In this document: positions 40,716 to 49,784 of the stretch, in pieces
How the letters are laid out: each line of letters starts with the position of its first letter
How positions within the stretch are numbered: position 1 is the stretch's first letter
DNA from: Gemmatimonadota bacterium
Lineage (GTDB): Bacteria; Gemmatimonadota; Gemmatimonadetes; Palauibacterales; Palauibacteraceae
Assembly: GCA_965116475.1 (NCBI GenBank)
Contig: OZ220691.1
Coordinates: 3,072,001-3,136,000 of the forward strand
Direction: 5' to 3'
DNA: 64,000 nucleotides
Position numbers and translations under genes: made by a program
The notes under the pieces: generated by a model
Databases searched by the model: none
The model's input: the letters and a program-made list of their open reading frames with translations, nothing else
Told to the model about the DNA's origin: nothing

Positions 40716-41512
40716 TGAAAAAGGCGGCGGTCGCCGTGCTGTTGGGCGTTGCGGCCGCCGCCTGCGCGTCCAGGGGCGATGTCGAGACGCTGGGGGACGC
40801 CCTGCGGGAGGAGATCGCAGGCCTCGCCGAGGGTCAGCGCCTGTTGGGCGAGGCGGTGCAGGCGGACCTCGAATCGATCGAGAGTTCGAGCCAGCGCCGC
40901 GAGACCACGGGCCGGGGCGAACTCGAGCGGCTGATCAGTCGAGTCGAGGATCTCTTCGAGCAGATGATCGAGATGTCCGCGCAGAACAACCAGCTGCTCA
41001 ACGACATCTACGAGAACCAGCGCCGCCTGGGCTCCCCCTCTCCGATGGGCGGCTTCCCCGGACCGGCCGACGCGGGTCCGCCGGCCGCGGGTACGACCGC
41101 CGCCGAATCGAACCCCGCCGCGGGCGCCGGGTCCGACGTGGCGGCCCAGGTTTACGCGCTGGCGCTCGACATGTATCAGCGCGGCAACCTCGAGACCGCG
41201 CGCAACGCCTTCCGCGATTTCCTCGCCGTCTACGGCGGCCACGAGTTCGCGCCCGACGCCCAGTACTGGGTGGCGCGCACTTACGAGGACCAGGAGGATC
41301 CCGGCGGCGCCCTCGAGGAGTACCGCCGGCTGACCGAACTCTACCCGGATTCGAGCCGGGCTCCCGCCGCGCTCTTTCGCCGGGCGATGATCGAGGCGGG
41401 ACGGGGCAACACGGCGGTGGCGCGCCGGTTGTTCGTCCAGATCGAGAGTGGCTATCCGAACAGCCCCGAGGCGCCGGAGGCCCGCCGGGAACGCGAGAAA
41501 CTGGGCGGCTAG
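40715..41512 (+). CDS. cpoB: Tol-Pal-associated CpoB/YbgF TPR protein
   Basis: Lipobox-like AAAAC, coiled coil, TPRs (APDAQYW, YPDSSRAPAAL, YPNSPEA); follows pal. Confidence 0.85.
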   Translation: MKKAAVAVLLGVAAAACASRGDVETLGDALREEIAGLAEGQRLLGEAVQADLESIESSSQRRETTGRGELERLISRVEDLFEQMIEMSAQNNQLLNDIYENQRRLGSPSPMGGFPGPADAGPPAAGTTAAESNPAAGAGSDVAAQVYALALDMYQRGNLETARNAFRDFLAVYGGHEFAPDAQYWVARTYEDQEDPGGALEEYRRLTELYPDSSRAPAALFRRAMIEAGRGNTAVARRLFVQIESGYPNSPEAPEARREREKLGG

Positions 41513-41563
41513 CGTGGAGACGCCACACTGGTGACCCCGGCCGTCCGGTGACCGCAGGCTACC

Positions 41564-42085
41564 GTGCAGTGTCCCGGCTGTAACCACCTGGAGGCGCGGG
41601 TCGTCGACTCACGCACGAGTCGCGGCGGCCGGGCCACGCGCCGCCGGCGCGAGTGCCTCTCCTGCGGCGAACGCTTCACGACCTACGAACAGGTCGAGGA
41701 AGAGCCCCTGCTCGTCATGAAGAAGGACGGCGGCTCGGAGACCTACGATCGCGGCAAGCTCCTGGCCTCCATCCGGGTCGCCTGCGCGAAGCGACCCGTA
41801 TCGAACCGCGACATCGAGTTTCTGGTGGATGACGTCGAGGAACAGCTGGCGGCCGCGGACCAGCGGGATGTCGCAAGCCTCAGGCTGGGAGAACTCATCA
41901 TGGAGCGGCTCCGCGCCCTGGACCAGGTCGCGTACGTGCGCTTCGCAAGCGTGTATCGGAACTTCCAGGACACCACGGAGTTCATGGAAGAAGTGCGACG
42001 ACTGCGACAGCTGCTGCGGCGCGCCGGGCACAGCGCGGCCGGGCAGGTCGATCTGTTCTCACCGGGAGGGGACCAGGGCCGATGA
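41564..42085 (+). CDS. nrdR: Transcriptional repressor NrdR
   Basis: CPGC...VVDSR...RRRRECLSCGERFTTYE zinc ribbon, ATP cone, DQVAYVRFASVYR. Confidence 0.97.
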   Translation: MQCPGCNHLEARVVDSRTSRGGRATRRRRECLSCGERFTTYEQVEEEPLLVMKKDGGSETYDRGKLLASIRVACAKRPVSNRDIEFLVDDVEEQLAAADQRDVASLRLGELIMERLRALDQVAYVRFASVYRNFQDTTEFMEEVRRLRQLLRRAGHSAAGQVDLFSPGGDQGR

Positions 42086-42876
42086 TGCTGCGGCGACAGA
42101 CCCGGGGCGCGGCCGATCAGGCGGAGATGCCCTTCCTCGATCATCTGGATGAGCTTCGCTCTCGCCTGATTCGGGCGCTCCTCGCGCTCCTCGTCGGCAT
42201 GATCATCGGGCTGGTGGCCGTGACGCAGTGGGACGTGCTCGGCATCGTCCAGCGGCCGATCGCCGATCTCCTCCCGGGCGAGGCCCTGAACTACTCCAGC
42301 GTGACGACGCCGTTCATCACCATCCTCAAGCTCGGCTTCATCGTGGGTCTCATCGCGGCCTTCCCCTATCTCGCCTGGCAAGCTTGGGGCTTCCTCTCGC
42401 CCGCCCTGTACGAGCGCGAGCGCAGGTTCGCCGTCCCGGCGATCGCCTCTGGCACCATCCTCTTCCTCGCCGGCATCTCGATGGCGTATTTCCTGGTCCT
42501 GCCGCTCGGGCTCAGGATCCTGCTCAACTTCTTCACCTTCGATCAGCTCAACCCCGTCATCATGATCAACGAGTACCTGACCTTCGCGGTCCGGTTGATC
42601 CTGGCGTTCGGGCTCATCTTCGAGTTGCCGGTGGTGCTTGTCTTCCTGTCGCTGCTCGGGATCGTGACGCCCGAAGGGCTCGCGAAGTACCGGCGGCATG
42701 CGATCGTCGTGATGGCGGTAGTCTCGGCGTTCCTCACGCCGGCCGACCCGTACACGATGCTCGCGATGATGCTGCCGATGATGTTTCTCTACGAAATCTC
42801 GGTGATCATGACCCGGGTGCTTCGCCGGCGTCGCCAGGAAGCGGAGCGGGCGTCGGAGGAAGGAAGCTCCGTCTGA
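42082..42876 (+). CDS. tatC: Twin-arginine translocase subunit TatC
   Basis: EMPFLDHLDELRSRL, FLSPALYERERR, FELPV, LTPADP, LYEIS. Confidence 0.96.
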   Translation: MMLRRQTRGAADQAEMPFLDHLDELRSRLIRALLALLVGMIIGLVAVTQWDVLGIVQRPIADLLPGEALNYSSVTTPFITILKLGFIVGLIAAFPYLAWQAWGFLSPALYERERRFAVPAIASGTILFLAGISMAYFLVLPLGLRILLNFFTFDQLNPVIMINEYLTFAVRLILAFGLIFELPVVLVFLSLLGIVTPEGLAKYRRHAIVVMAVVSAFLTPADPYTMLAMMLPMMFLYEISVIMTRVLRRRRQEAERASEEGSSV

Positions 42877-45800
42877 GGCTGCGCACGCTCCTGGCGCTGG
42901 CGGCCCTGCTCGGCGGCCTCGGCGCAACCGAAACCGCGCGCGCCGCGCCGGCGGGTGCCCGTCCCCTCGAGTTCACCGCCCGGGCGGATACCGACACGGT
43001 CGTGGTCGCAGGGCGCGACACGCTTCCGCCGGACCCGGCGGCTCGGGATACGCTGGACATCCCGGCAGCCGACTCGGCTGCGGTCGGCGATTCCGCCGCG
43101 GCTGGCGACTCCGTGACCGTCGGCGACCCGGAAGCCGCCGGCGATCCGGAAGCGGTCGGAGACTCGGCAGCGGCCGCCGATTCGAGCGCCGCCGCTGCGG
43201 TCCCCGCGCTTCCGGATTCGGCCGCCGCGGACACCGTCGACACGGGTCCGACCGACCCTCCCTTCCCGCAACAGGACGACATCTTCGGACAACTCCTCGG
43301 AGAGCCGGGCTACCAGGTCATCCGCTACCAGGGGCGCGGGGTCGAGCTGGACGTCGACCGGCAACGAGTGCAGCTCAATCGAGAGGCACAGGTGATGTAT
43401 GAGCAGTCCACGATCGACGCGGACACGATCACCTACGAGGCGGGTCTGCAGTTCGTACGGGGCTGCGGCAACATCTCGCTCGCCGGGGAAGGGGAGAACG
43501 TCATCTCCGACGAGTGTCTCAATTACGACGTGTCGTCCACGAAGGGGACGATCATGGACGGTCGGACCTCGTTCGCACAGATGGGAGCCGACTGGCTCAT
43601 CGTCGGAGACATGACGCTCCGGGGCTCCGGCACCGCCTTCGTCGAAACCGGGAACTTCACCTCGTGCGACGCCGACGAACCGCACTACTACTTCCGGGCC
43701 GGGCAGATCAAGGTCGTCTCGGACGACATCGTGGTGGCGTGGCCCGTGACGCTCTACATCCAGAACGTGCCCGTCGCCTGGCTTCCGTTCTTCGCGCAGG
43801 ACATCCGGGAGGAGCGGAGGAGCGGTTTCCTGCCCCCGCGCTTCGGGTTCAACGATGTCGTCGCGTCCTCCAGCAACGCCCGCAGGAGCATCACCGACTT
43901 CGGGTACTATCTCGCGTTGAGCGATTTCATGGATGCGCAGGCGACGGCCGACTGGTTCAGCGGCCGGTTCACGCGCCTCAACGGGGCGGTGCGATACCGC
44001 TCGATCAAGAAGTTCTTCCGCGGCAACGTGATCGCGAGTTACAGCTTCGGAAACGAGAAGACGCTGCAGTTCCAGATGCGGCACAATCACGAGTTGACCC
44101 CGGTCACGGACATTCGGGTCAACGCCAACTTCATCTCGAACACCACCGTCTTCGAGCGCCAGACGTTCGACCCGACGGTACAGACGCAGCGCATCGCGTC
44201 GGACGTCGGAATCCAGCACCGGTTCCCGTTCGCATCCGTCAACCTGAGCGGAAGCCGGCGCCAGGATCTCGGGGCGCAGAAGGGGCGGACGGACCTCACG
44301 CTGCCCAAGCTTCAGATGACCTTCTCCCCGCTGACGCTCTTCCGCGCGCCCCGCAACCGCAGCGGGCCGTTCAACAACATCGTCGTCAACGGCGGCTTCT
44401 CCGCTTCGCGCCTCGACCGGACCCAGGAAGAGAGCGACGGCAAGAGAACCGAGGTCGCGTCCGCGAACAGCGCCATCCGCATCGGCTCCTTCGGGGTCAG
44501 CGGGCGGACGAACTTCAACCGGAACACGACGCTTCCGTTCCAGCCGATGCCCGGCGCCGACACGACGGTGGCGGCGGCGGCCGGGAGCGTTTCGAAACTG
44601 GACTACGGGGCGCAGGCGGATTACCAGATCGACCTCGTCGGGAGCACGACGCTCCGTCCCACGCTGAGCGTGGACGCGAGCCGTTTTCAGTCGGACGACA
44701 CGAACGGAGAGTTCATCACCGCGCCGACGCGCCTCCGCTTCGGAGCCGCGGTGTCCACCGATGTCTACGGATTCTTCCCCGGCGTCGGCCCGTTCGAGCG
44801 CATCCGCCACAAGGTCTCGCCGCGCTTTCACTACGACTATTCGCCGGCCGTGGAGGCCTCCGATTCGCTGCTCTCGATTCCCGGGTTTCCGGTGTCGAAT
44901 TCCAAGCAGGAGAACCGGCTTCGCATCACCCTGAACCAGACCTTCGAAGCCAAGCTGCGCGAGGAGGTCGAGCTCGATCCCGAAGCGGAGGCGCTGCTGG
45001 AAGGCCGCTCGCTCGAAGCGGATTCGACCGGTCGGGAGCCCGGGGCGGTCGCTCCCGAGGCGGATTCGCTCGCGGCGGTCGGCGATTCGGCCGGGGTCCA
45101 GGCGCCGGAGACCGAATCGGCCGACGAGGACCCGGGCGAAGCGACCCGCGGGCTGACGGACGCCGGGCAAGAGGCGGGGCCCGCAAGCGGGCCGGATTCA
45201 GGGGACCCTGATGCGCCGCGCCGCGCGCAGCCGCGCCGGAACGTCGTCCTCCTCGGCATCAACTCGAGTCCTCTCACCTTCGACTGGTCGCGCGAGAACG
45301 AGTCGCCGCTGACGACGGACCGCTGGTCGCACCGCGTCAACTCGGACCTGCTCAGGGGACTGTCTTTGAACATGTCGCTCGACCTGTTCGAGGGCACAGG
45401 CGAGGACCGGGCCTTCGCCCCCATCCTGTCGACCCTGACGGGCAGCTTCACGTTCAGTTCGGCCAGCGGCCTCGGCGGGCTGCTCGGACTGGGCGGCGGT
45501 GGCGGCGGGGGTGGGGCCGATCCCCAGAATCGCCTGCGGAACGCGGCCGACTCCCGATACCGGCTGCAGAGTTTCGACGAGAATCCGGACCCGGGGGACC
45601 CCGGCCTGCGGAGCGGCGGACCGTGGACGCTTGCGTTGACCTATTCGCTCCAGCGTGGCCGGGAGGATCAGAGTTCGCAGGACCGGCAGTCGCTCAACGC
45701 GGTCCTGTCGCTCAACCCGTCGCCGAACTGGCGTCTCGCCTGGCGCACGACGTACAACCTCACCAACAAGGAGTTCGGCGAGCACCTCATCACGCTCGAC

Positions 45801-45980
45801 CGCGCCCTCCACCGCTGGATCGCGACCTTCATGTTCGCCCGCTCGCCGAACGGGAACTTCATCTTCCAGATGAGCGTCAGCCTCCAGGATGCGCCCGATC
45901 TCAAGTTCGACTACGACCAGCAGTCGCAGGACGGCCAGGGCGGTTTCGGTGCCGGCGGGCTGGGCGGCAGGCGTTTTTGA
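42873..45980 (+). CDS. lptD: Putative LPS-assembly outer-membrane protein LptD (FCB-type); likely CTG start overlapping the tatC stop
   Basis: Signal peptide LRLRTLLALAALL; jelly-roll region with FTSCDADEPHYYF; ERRSGFLPPRFG; alternating beta-strand C-terminus ending APDLKFDYDQ. Confidence 0.75.
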   Translation: MRLRTLLALAALLGGLGATETARAAPAGARPLEFTARADTDTVVVAGRDTLPPDPAARDTLDIPAADSAAVGDSAAAGDSVTVGDPEAAGDPEAVGDSAAAADSSAAAAVPALPDSAAADTVDTGPTDPPFPQQDDIFGQLLGEPGYQVIRYQGRGVELDVDRQRVQLNREAQVMYEQSTIDADTITYEAGLQFVRGCGNISLAGEGENVISDECLNYDVSSTKGTIMDGRTSFAQMGADWLIVGDMTLRGSGTAFVETGNFTSCDADEPHYYFRAGQIKVVSDDIVVAWPVTLYIQNVPVAWLPFFAQDIREERRSGFLPPRFGFNDVVASSSNARRSITDFGYYLALSDFMDAQATADWFSGRFTRLNGAVRYRSIKKFFRGNVIASYSFGNEKTLQFQMRHNHELTPVTDIRVNANFISNTTVFERQTFDPTVQTQRIASDVGIQHRFPFASVNLSGSRRQDLGAQKGRTDLTLPKLQMTFSPLTLFRAPRNRSGPFNNIVVNGGFSASRLDRTQEESDGKRTEVASANSAIRIGSFGVSGRTNFNRNTTLPFQPMPGADTTVAAAAGSVSKLDYGAQADYQIDLVGSTTLRPTLSVDASRFQSDDTNGEFITAPTRLRFGAAVSTDVYGFFPGVGPFERIRHKVSPRFHYDYSPAVEASDSLLSIPGFPVSNSKQENRLRITLNQTFEAKLREEVELDPEAEALLEGRSLEADSTGREPGAVAPEADSLAAVGDSAGVQAPETESADEDPGEATRGLTDAGQEAGPASGPDSGDPDAPRRAQPRRNVVLLGINSSPLTFDWSRENESPLTTDRWSHRVNSDLLRGLSLNMSLDLFEGTGEDRAFAPILSTLTGSFTFSSASGLGGLLGLGGGGGGGGADPQNRLRNAADSRYRLQSFDENPDPGDPGLRSGGPWTLALTYSLQRGREDQSSQDRQSLNAVLSLNPSPNWRLAWRTTYNLTNKEFGEHLITLDRALHRWIATFMFARSPNGNFIFQMSVSLQDAPDLKFDYDQQSQDGQGGFGAGGLGGRRF

Positions 45981-46044
45981 CATTCTTCGCGGGGCTTCCG
46001 ACATTCCCGTGCACTTCATGCGCGCCTCGCGCGCCGAGGAGGGT

Positions 46045-47031
46045 ATGCTCCCGACCACCGCCATCGATCTGGAACAAGTCCGCCTGCCTGTCGCGGACCG
46101 GCTTCTTGCCGTCGAGCGCGAACTCCGTGGCATGGCGCCATCCGGATTCGAGGCGCTCGACGAGGTAGGCGACTACCTGTTCGCGCGCTCCGGGAAGCTC
46201 CTTCGGCCCACGCTCCTCCTGCTCGCCGACGGCGTGGGAGGGCGCCCCTCCCCGGATGCCGTGAAGCTCGGTGCCATCGTCGAGCTGCTGCATGTGGCGA
46301 CCCTCGTGCACGATGACGCGGTCGATCACTCCGCGAGGCGAAGGGGCCGACCCACCGTCAACCACCGCTGGACGCACCAGGTCGCGATCATCGCGGGAGA
46401 CTACCTCTATTCGCGCGCGGTCATCGAGGTCGTGGCGCTCGGCAACCTCGAACACGTCGCTCTCCTCGCCGACACGGCGAACCGCATGACGATCGGGGAG
46501 ATGCGGCAGCTCGTACTCCACGATGGCCTCGACTTCACGCGCGAGGACTACGAGCGGCTGTGCGAACACAAGACGGCGTCTCTGATGTCCGCGGCGTGCC
46601 AACTCGGGACGCTGTCGAGAGCGCCGCAATACCGGGAGGCCCTGCGCGCGTACGGCCACCACCTGGGGATGGCGTTCCAGATCGTCGACGACCTGCTCGA
46701 CTATTCATCGTCGACGCGCGCGATGGGCAAGCCGCGGGGGCAGGATCTGCAGGAACACAAGGTGACGTTGCCCCTGATCGCCGCTCTGCCCAAGATGGAA
46801 TGGGGGGAGCGGCGCGCCGTCGAAGCGCTCTTCGCGGACCCGGAGCCTTCCCCCGAAGCCGTGCAGGAGATCGTGGATCTCGTCGAAGCGCATGGGGGTG
46901 TGGAGACGGCTCGCGAGGAGGCGCGGTCGCGGGCGGACCGGGCACGGGATCAGCTCCGGTGCCTGCCGGAGAACCCGTGCCTCGAGGCGCTGCGCCTCGC
47001 GGTGGATTATGTCGTCGAGAGAGTGCGGTAG
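46045..47031 (+). CDS. Long-chain polyprenyl diphosphate synthase (IspB/HepT-like)
   Basis: GAGGAGG RBS; GKLLRP, HDDAVD...RRG (FARM), KTASL, FQIVDDLLD (SARM), GQDLQEHKVTLPLI. Confidence 0.92.
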   Translation: MLPTTAIDLEQVRLPVADRLLAVERELRGMAPSGFEALDEVGDYLFARSGKLLRPTLLLLADGVGGRPSPDAVKLGAIVELLHVATLVHDDAVDHSARRRGRPTVNHRWTHQVAIIAGDYLYSRAVIEVVALGNLEHVALLADTANRMTIGEMRQLVLHDGLDFTREDYERLCEHKTASLMSAACQLGTLSRAPQYREALRAYGHHLGMAFQIVDDLLDYSSSTRAMGKPRGQDLQEHKVTLPLIAALPKMEWGERRAVEALFADPEPSPEAVQEIVDLVEAHGGVETAREEARSRADRARDQLRCLPENPCLEALRLAVDYVVERVR

Positions 47032-47034
47032 CGA

Positions 47035-47316
47035 GTGAACTTCGGAAGCAGACGTCATCGTTCCCCGATACGCCTGATCCTCATCATCGCGGGGGGATTC
47101 GTGCTCGGGGGGCTGCTCACCGAACTCGCGACGGTTACGTTGCCACCGTCAGCGGCGCGTCAGTTCTTCATCACAACGGTCGCGGCTTCATTGCAGCCGC
47201 TTGCGTTCGATCTCAAGGTGCTCGCCTTCACGCTGGGGCCGATCGTCCTGCGCCTGAACGTGTTGAGCGTCGTCGGGGTCGTGCTCGTCGCCTGGTTCGC
47301 CCGGTCGCTTCTCTGA
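47035..47316 (+). CDS. Small membrane protein (DUF4321-like)
   Basis: 93 aa, two hydrophobic segments flanking FDLKVLAFTLGPIVLRLNVLS. Confidence 0.7.
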   Translation: MNFGSRRHRSPIRLILIIAGGFVLGGLLTELATVTLPPSAARQFFITTVAASLQPLAFDLKVLAFTLGPIVLRLNVLSVVGVVLVAWFARSLL

Positions 47317-47355
47317 CCGGGTTTCCGGCGCTGAGCCACAGCCAAGGAGTCTGAG

Positions 47356-47601
47356 ATGTTCGGTTTGAGCCCATGGGAGTTGTTGCTCGTATTCCTCGCT
47401 ATCCTGCTCCTCTTCGGCGCGAAGCGGCTTCCGGAGATCGGGAGTTCCCTGGGCCGCGGGATCCGGGAGTTCAAGGGCTCGATCAAGGAGGTCGAGGGCG
47501 ACGTGCGGGCCGAGATCACGGGGGACACCGCGCCTCCATCGGGCGCCTCCGCCACCCAGGAGACCGCGCAGGCCCGCCCCGCCAATTCGGAAAGCCAGTA
47601 G
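47356..47601 (+). CDS. tatA: Twin-arginine translocase TatA/E subunit
   Basis: AAGGAG RBS; WELLLV...LLFGAKRLPEIGSSLGRGIREFK. Confidence 0.95.
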   Translation: MFGLSPWELLLVFLAILLLFGAKRLPEIGSSLGRGIREFKGSIKEVEGDVRAEITGDTAPPSGASATQETAQARPANSESQ

Positions 47602-47685
47602 CCCGGCCCGGGACCGCCGGGCCGCGGCAGGCGCCGGCCCGGTCGGCGGCCCGGGATCAGGCGTTCGAGCTCGGAGGGCTCGGGA

Positions 47686-49527
47686 TCAGAAACCCGGGAT
47701 CATGGGCTGGGCCTCCTGCTGCAGGAGGAGCCTCGCCCGGTGATCCTCGACGACCGTGTCGTCGCGTAGCGCAGCCAGCCACTTCTGCACGTACTGCTGG
47801 GAACGCTCGAAGCCCAGTTGTCCCACCACGGCGTCCCTGACCTCCTCGAACGCTTCCCGCGTGGCCTCTTCCCGCTCCAGGACCTCCACGACGACCACCG
47901 CATCTCCGGCATCGAGGGCGTCGCTGAGTTCACCGACGTCGGCCCCGAATCCGAAGCCGACCGCCTCCGTGCCCTGACCGAGTCCCGGGACGAAGTCGCC
48001 CCGGCGGAATGATGCGGTCTCTTCGACCGACCACCCGAGTTCCTCCGCCGCCTCGTCGAGAGAACTTCCGGCCGCGACCGCGCCGAGCAGGCCGCCGGCC
48101 AGTTCCGCGGCCCGCTCCTTCTTCTTCTCCACGAGCAGCTCCGCGCGAATCCCGATCCCGGCTTCCTCGAACGGAATCGTGCTCTCGTCCCGCCGTCCCA
48201 GTAGTTCGACCAGATGAAACCCCGCCGGATTCTCGAACGACTCGGACAGGTCTCCGATCTCGCTCTCGGGGCCGAGGGCCCACTCCCTCGCCACGCCCAG
48301 CTGGCCGGCGCCCGGAATGAAGTCCACGCCGTCCAGTAGCTGCACGTCCGTGCGGACCGTCACGCCCAGCGAGTCGGCGGCCGTCGTGAGATCCGTGCGG
48401 AGCGCAAGATCCTCGAGGTCGTCGAGCAGCGTGAACACCGAATCCTCGGTCGCGCCGGAAATCTCGAACGGGACGTAGATCTGACGCAGCGCCAGCGAGT
48501 CGGCGGTCCGCTCGTCGACCTGCAGGACGTGCAGTCCGAACGGCGTCTCGACCGGATCCGTGACCTGTCCGAGCGGGGCGTCCGCGGCCACCTCGGTGAG
48601 TCGGGGGTCGAAGGCGCTCGTCGGACGCTTGCCCATGAAGCCTCCGTCCACGCCGGAGATGGAGTCCGCGGACTCCGCCATCGCCACCTCGGCGAAGTCC
48701 TCGCCTCCCCGCACGCGGTCCGCGAGGGCGGTGGCCCGTTCGCGGGCGGCGAGCGAATCCGCGACCGAGGGCCGGAGCGAGATGCTGACCATGTTCACGC
48801 GGGCGCTGGCGGGCCGGAGGAGTTCGTCCACGCGTTCGTCATAGACCTGCCGGACTTCATCCTCCGAGACGGAGACCTGGGAGTCGGCCACGGCCAGCGC
48901 CGGGTCGATCCGCACGAAACGGACGCGGGCCTGCTCGTTCGTGTCCCGATAGAACCGCCACGCTTCTTCCTCGGACACGTAAATGCCGCTCTGGACGAGC
49001 GTTTGCAGCTTCGCGCGCGGAAGGATGGAGCGGTAGTAGCCCTCGATCTGCAGCAGTTGCGTCTCATCCGTAGCCGGGTCCGTGAAGAACCGGCGGTACT
49101 TGTCGATGTCGAACTGCCCGTCCGTCTGGAATCCGGGGTAGCTCAACATCTCCTGCGGTGGCTGCGTGAAGAACGCCTGCCGAACCTCCGCGTCGGTCAC
49201 GCTGACGCCGAGCCGGTCCAGCTCCGCCTGGATCAGCGTCGCGCTGATCAGGCTCTCCCACGCCCGTTCGGTCACGACGCGAACATCTTCGTCCGTCATG
49301 CCGCGGTCGGCCGCGCGGTTCACCGCAAGCTGGTTCTGGAGGAAGATGTTCCACTCGTTGTAGCGGATGTCCTGTCCCCCGACCTGCCCCACGACGGGGT
49401 TGATCGACCCGCCGAGGTTCCCTCCCTGCATCGCGTTGATCCCGTCGAACACCAGCCAGCCCACGAAGGCCGCGGCCATGATGCCCATCACGAGGCTCGC
49501 GCTGCCGCGCATCTTCCGCATGAACAT
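47686..49527 (-). CDS. SurA-N/parvulin-type periplasmic chaperone (PpiD-like)
   Basis: N-terminal MRKMR + TM anchor, SurA-like N domain, GEDFAEVA...S.D...GGFMG and PVETPFGLHVL parvulin motifs. Confidence 0.87.
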   Translation of the reverse strand: MFMRKMRGSASLVMGIMAAAFVGWLVFDGINAMQGGNLGGSINPVVGQVGGQDIRYNEWNIFLQNQLAVNRAADRGMTDEDVRVVTERAWESLISATLIQAELDRLGVSVTDAEVRQAFFTQPPQEMLSYPGFQTDGQFDIDKYRRFFTDPATDETQLLQIEGYYRSILPRAKLQTLVQSGIYVSEEEAWRFYRDTNEQARVRFVRIDPALAVADSQVSVSEDEVRQVYDERVDELLRPASARVNMVSISLRPSVADSLAARERATALADRVRGGEDFAEVAMAESADSISGVDGGFMGKRPTSAFDPRLTEVAADAPLGQVTDPVETPFGLHVLQVDERTADSLALRQIYVPFEISGATEDSVFTLLDDLEDLALRTDLTTAADSLGVTVRTDVQLLDGVDFIPGAGQLGVAREWALGPESEIGDLSESFENPAGFHLVELLGRRDESTIPFEEAGIGIRAELLVEKKKERAAELAGGLLGAVAAGSSLDEAAEELGWSVEETASFRRGDFVPGLGQGTEAVGFGFGADVGELSDALDAGDAVVVVEVLEREEATREAFEEVRDAVVGQLGFERSQQYVQKWLAALRDDTVVEDHRARLLLQQEAQPMIPGF

Positions 49528-49699
49528 GAGACGCCGAACCCACCTTGTCGTCTTGAATCGAGTCGCCCGAACGCGGCCGCGCCGGGGCCGGAAACGCAGG
49601 CGAAAACTCCGCCGGGCGCCGCTCGTCCCGTGAACGTACGCCCGCCCAGCGTTGCGGGCAACGAACGGCGGAAGCCCCGCCGCATTCCCGCGGCGTTCG

Positions 49700-49729
49700 T
49701 TGACAACCGAAAAAAACCGTCGGTATGTT
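49700..49729 (+). promoter_or_regulatory. Sigma70 promoter for the TPR-aroQ-M24-efp-accBC cluster
   Basis: TTGACA (49700-49705), 18-bp spacer containing an A tract, TATGTT (49724-49729). Confidence 0.7.
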
Positions 49730-49784
49730 GCCGGAGACTGGGTCGGAAGGCCCGAACCCGCCGCTATTTCCCCCTGCGAAGCCT

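Noticed and set aside
47603..47655. GC-rich inverted repeat between convergent tatA and ppiD-like genes
   Set aside because: Stem is imperfect and has no U-tract; cannot be called a terminator with confidence
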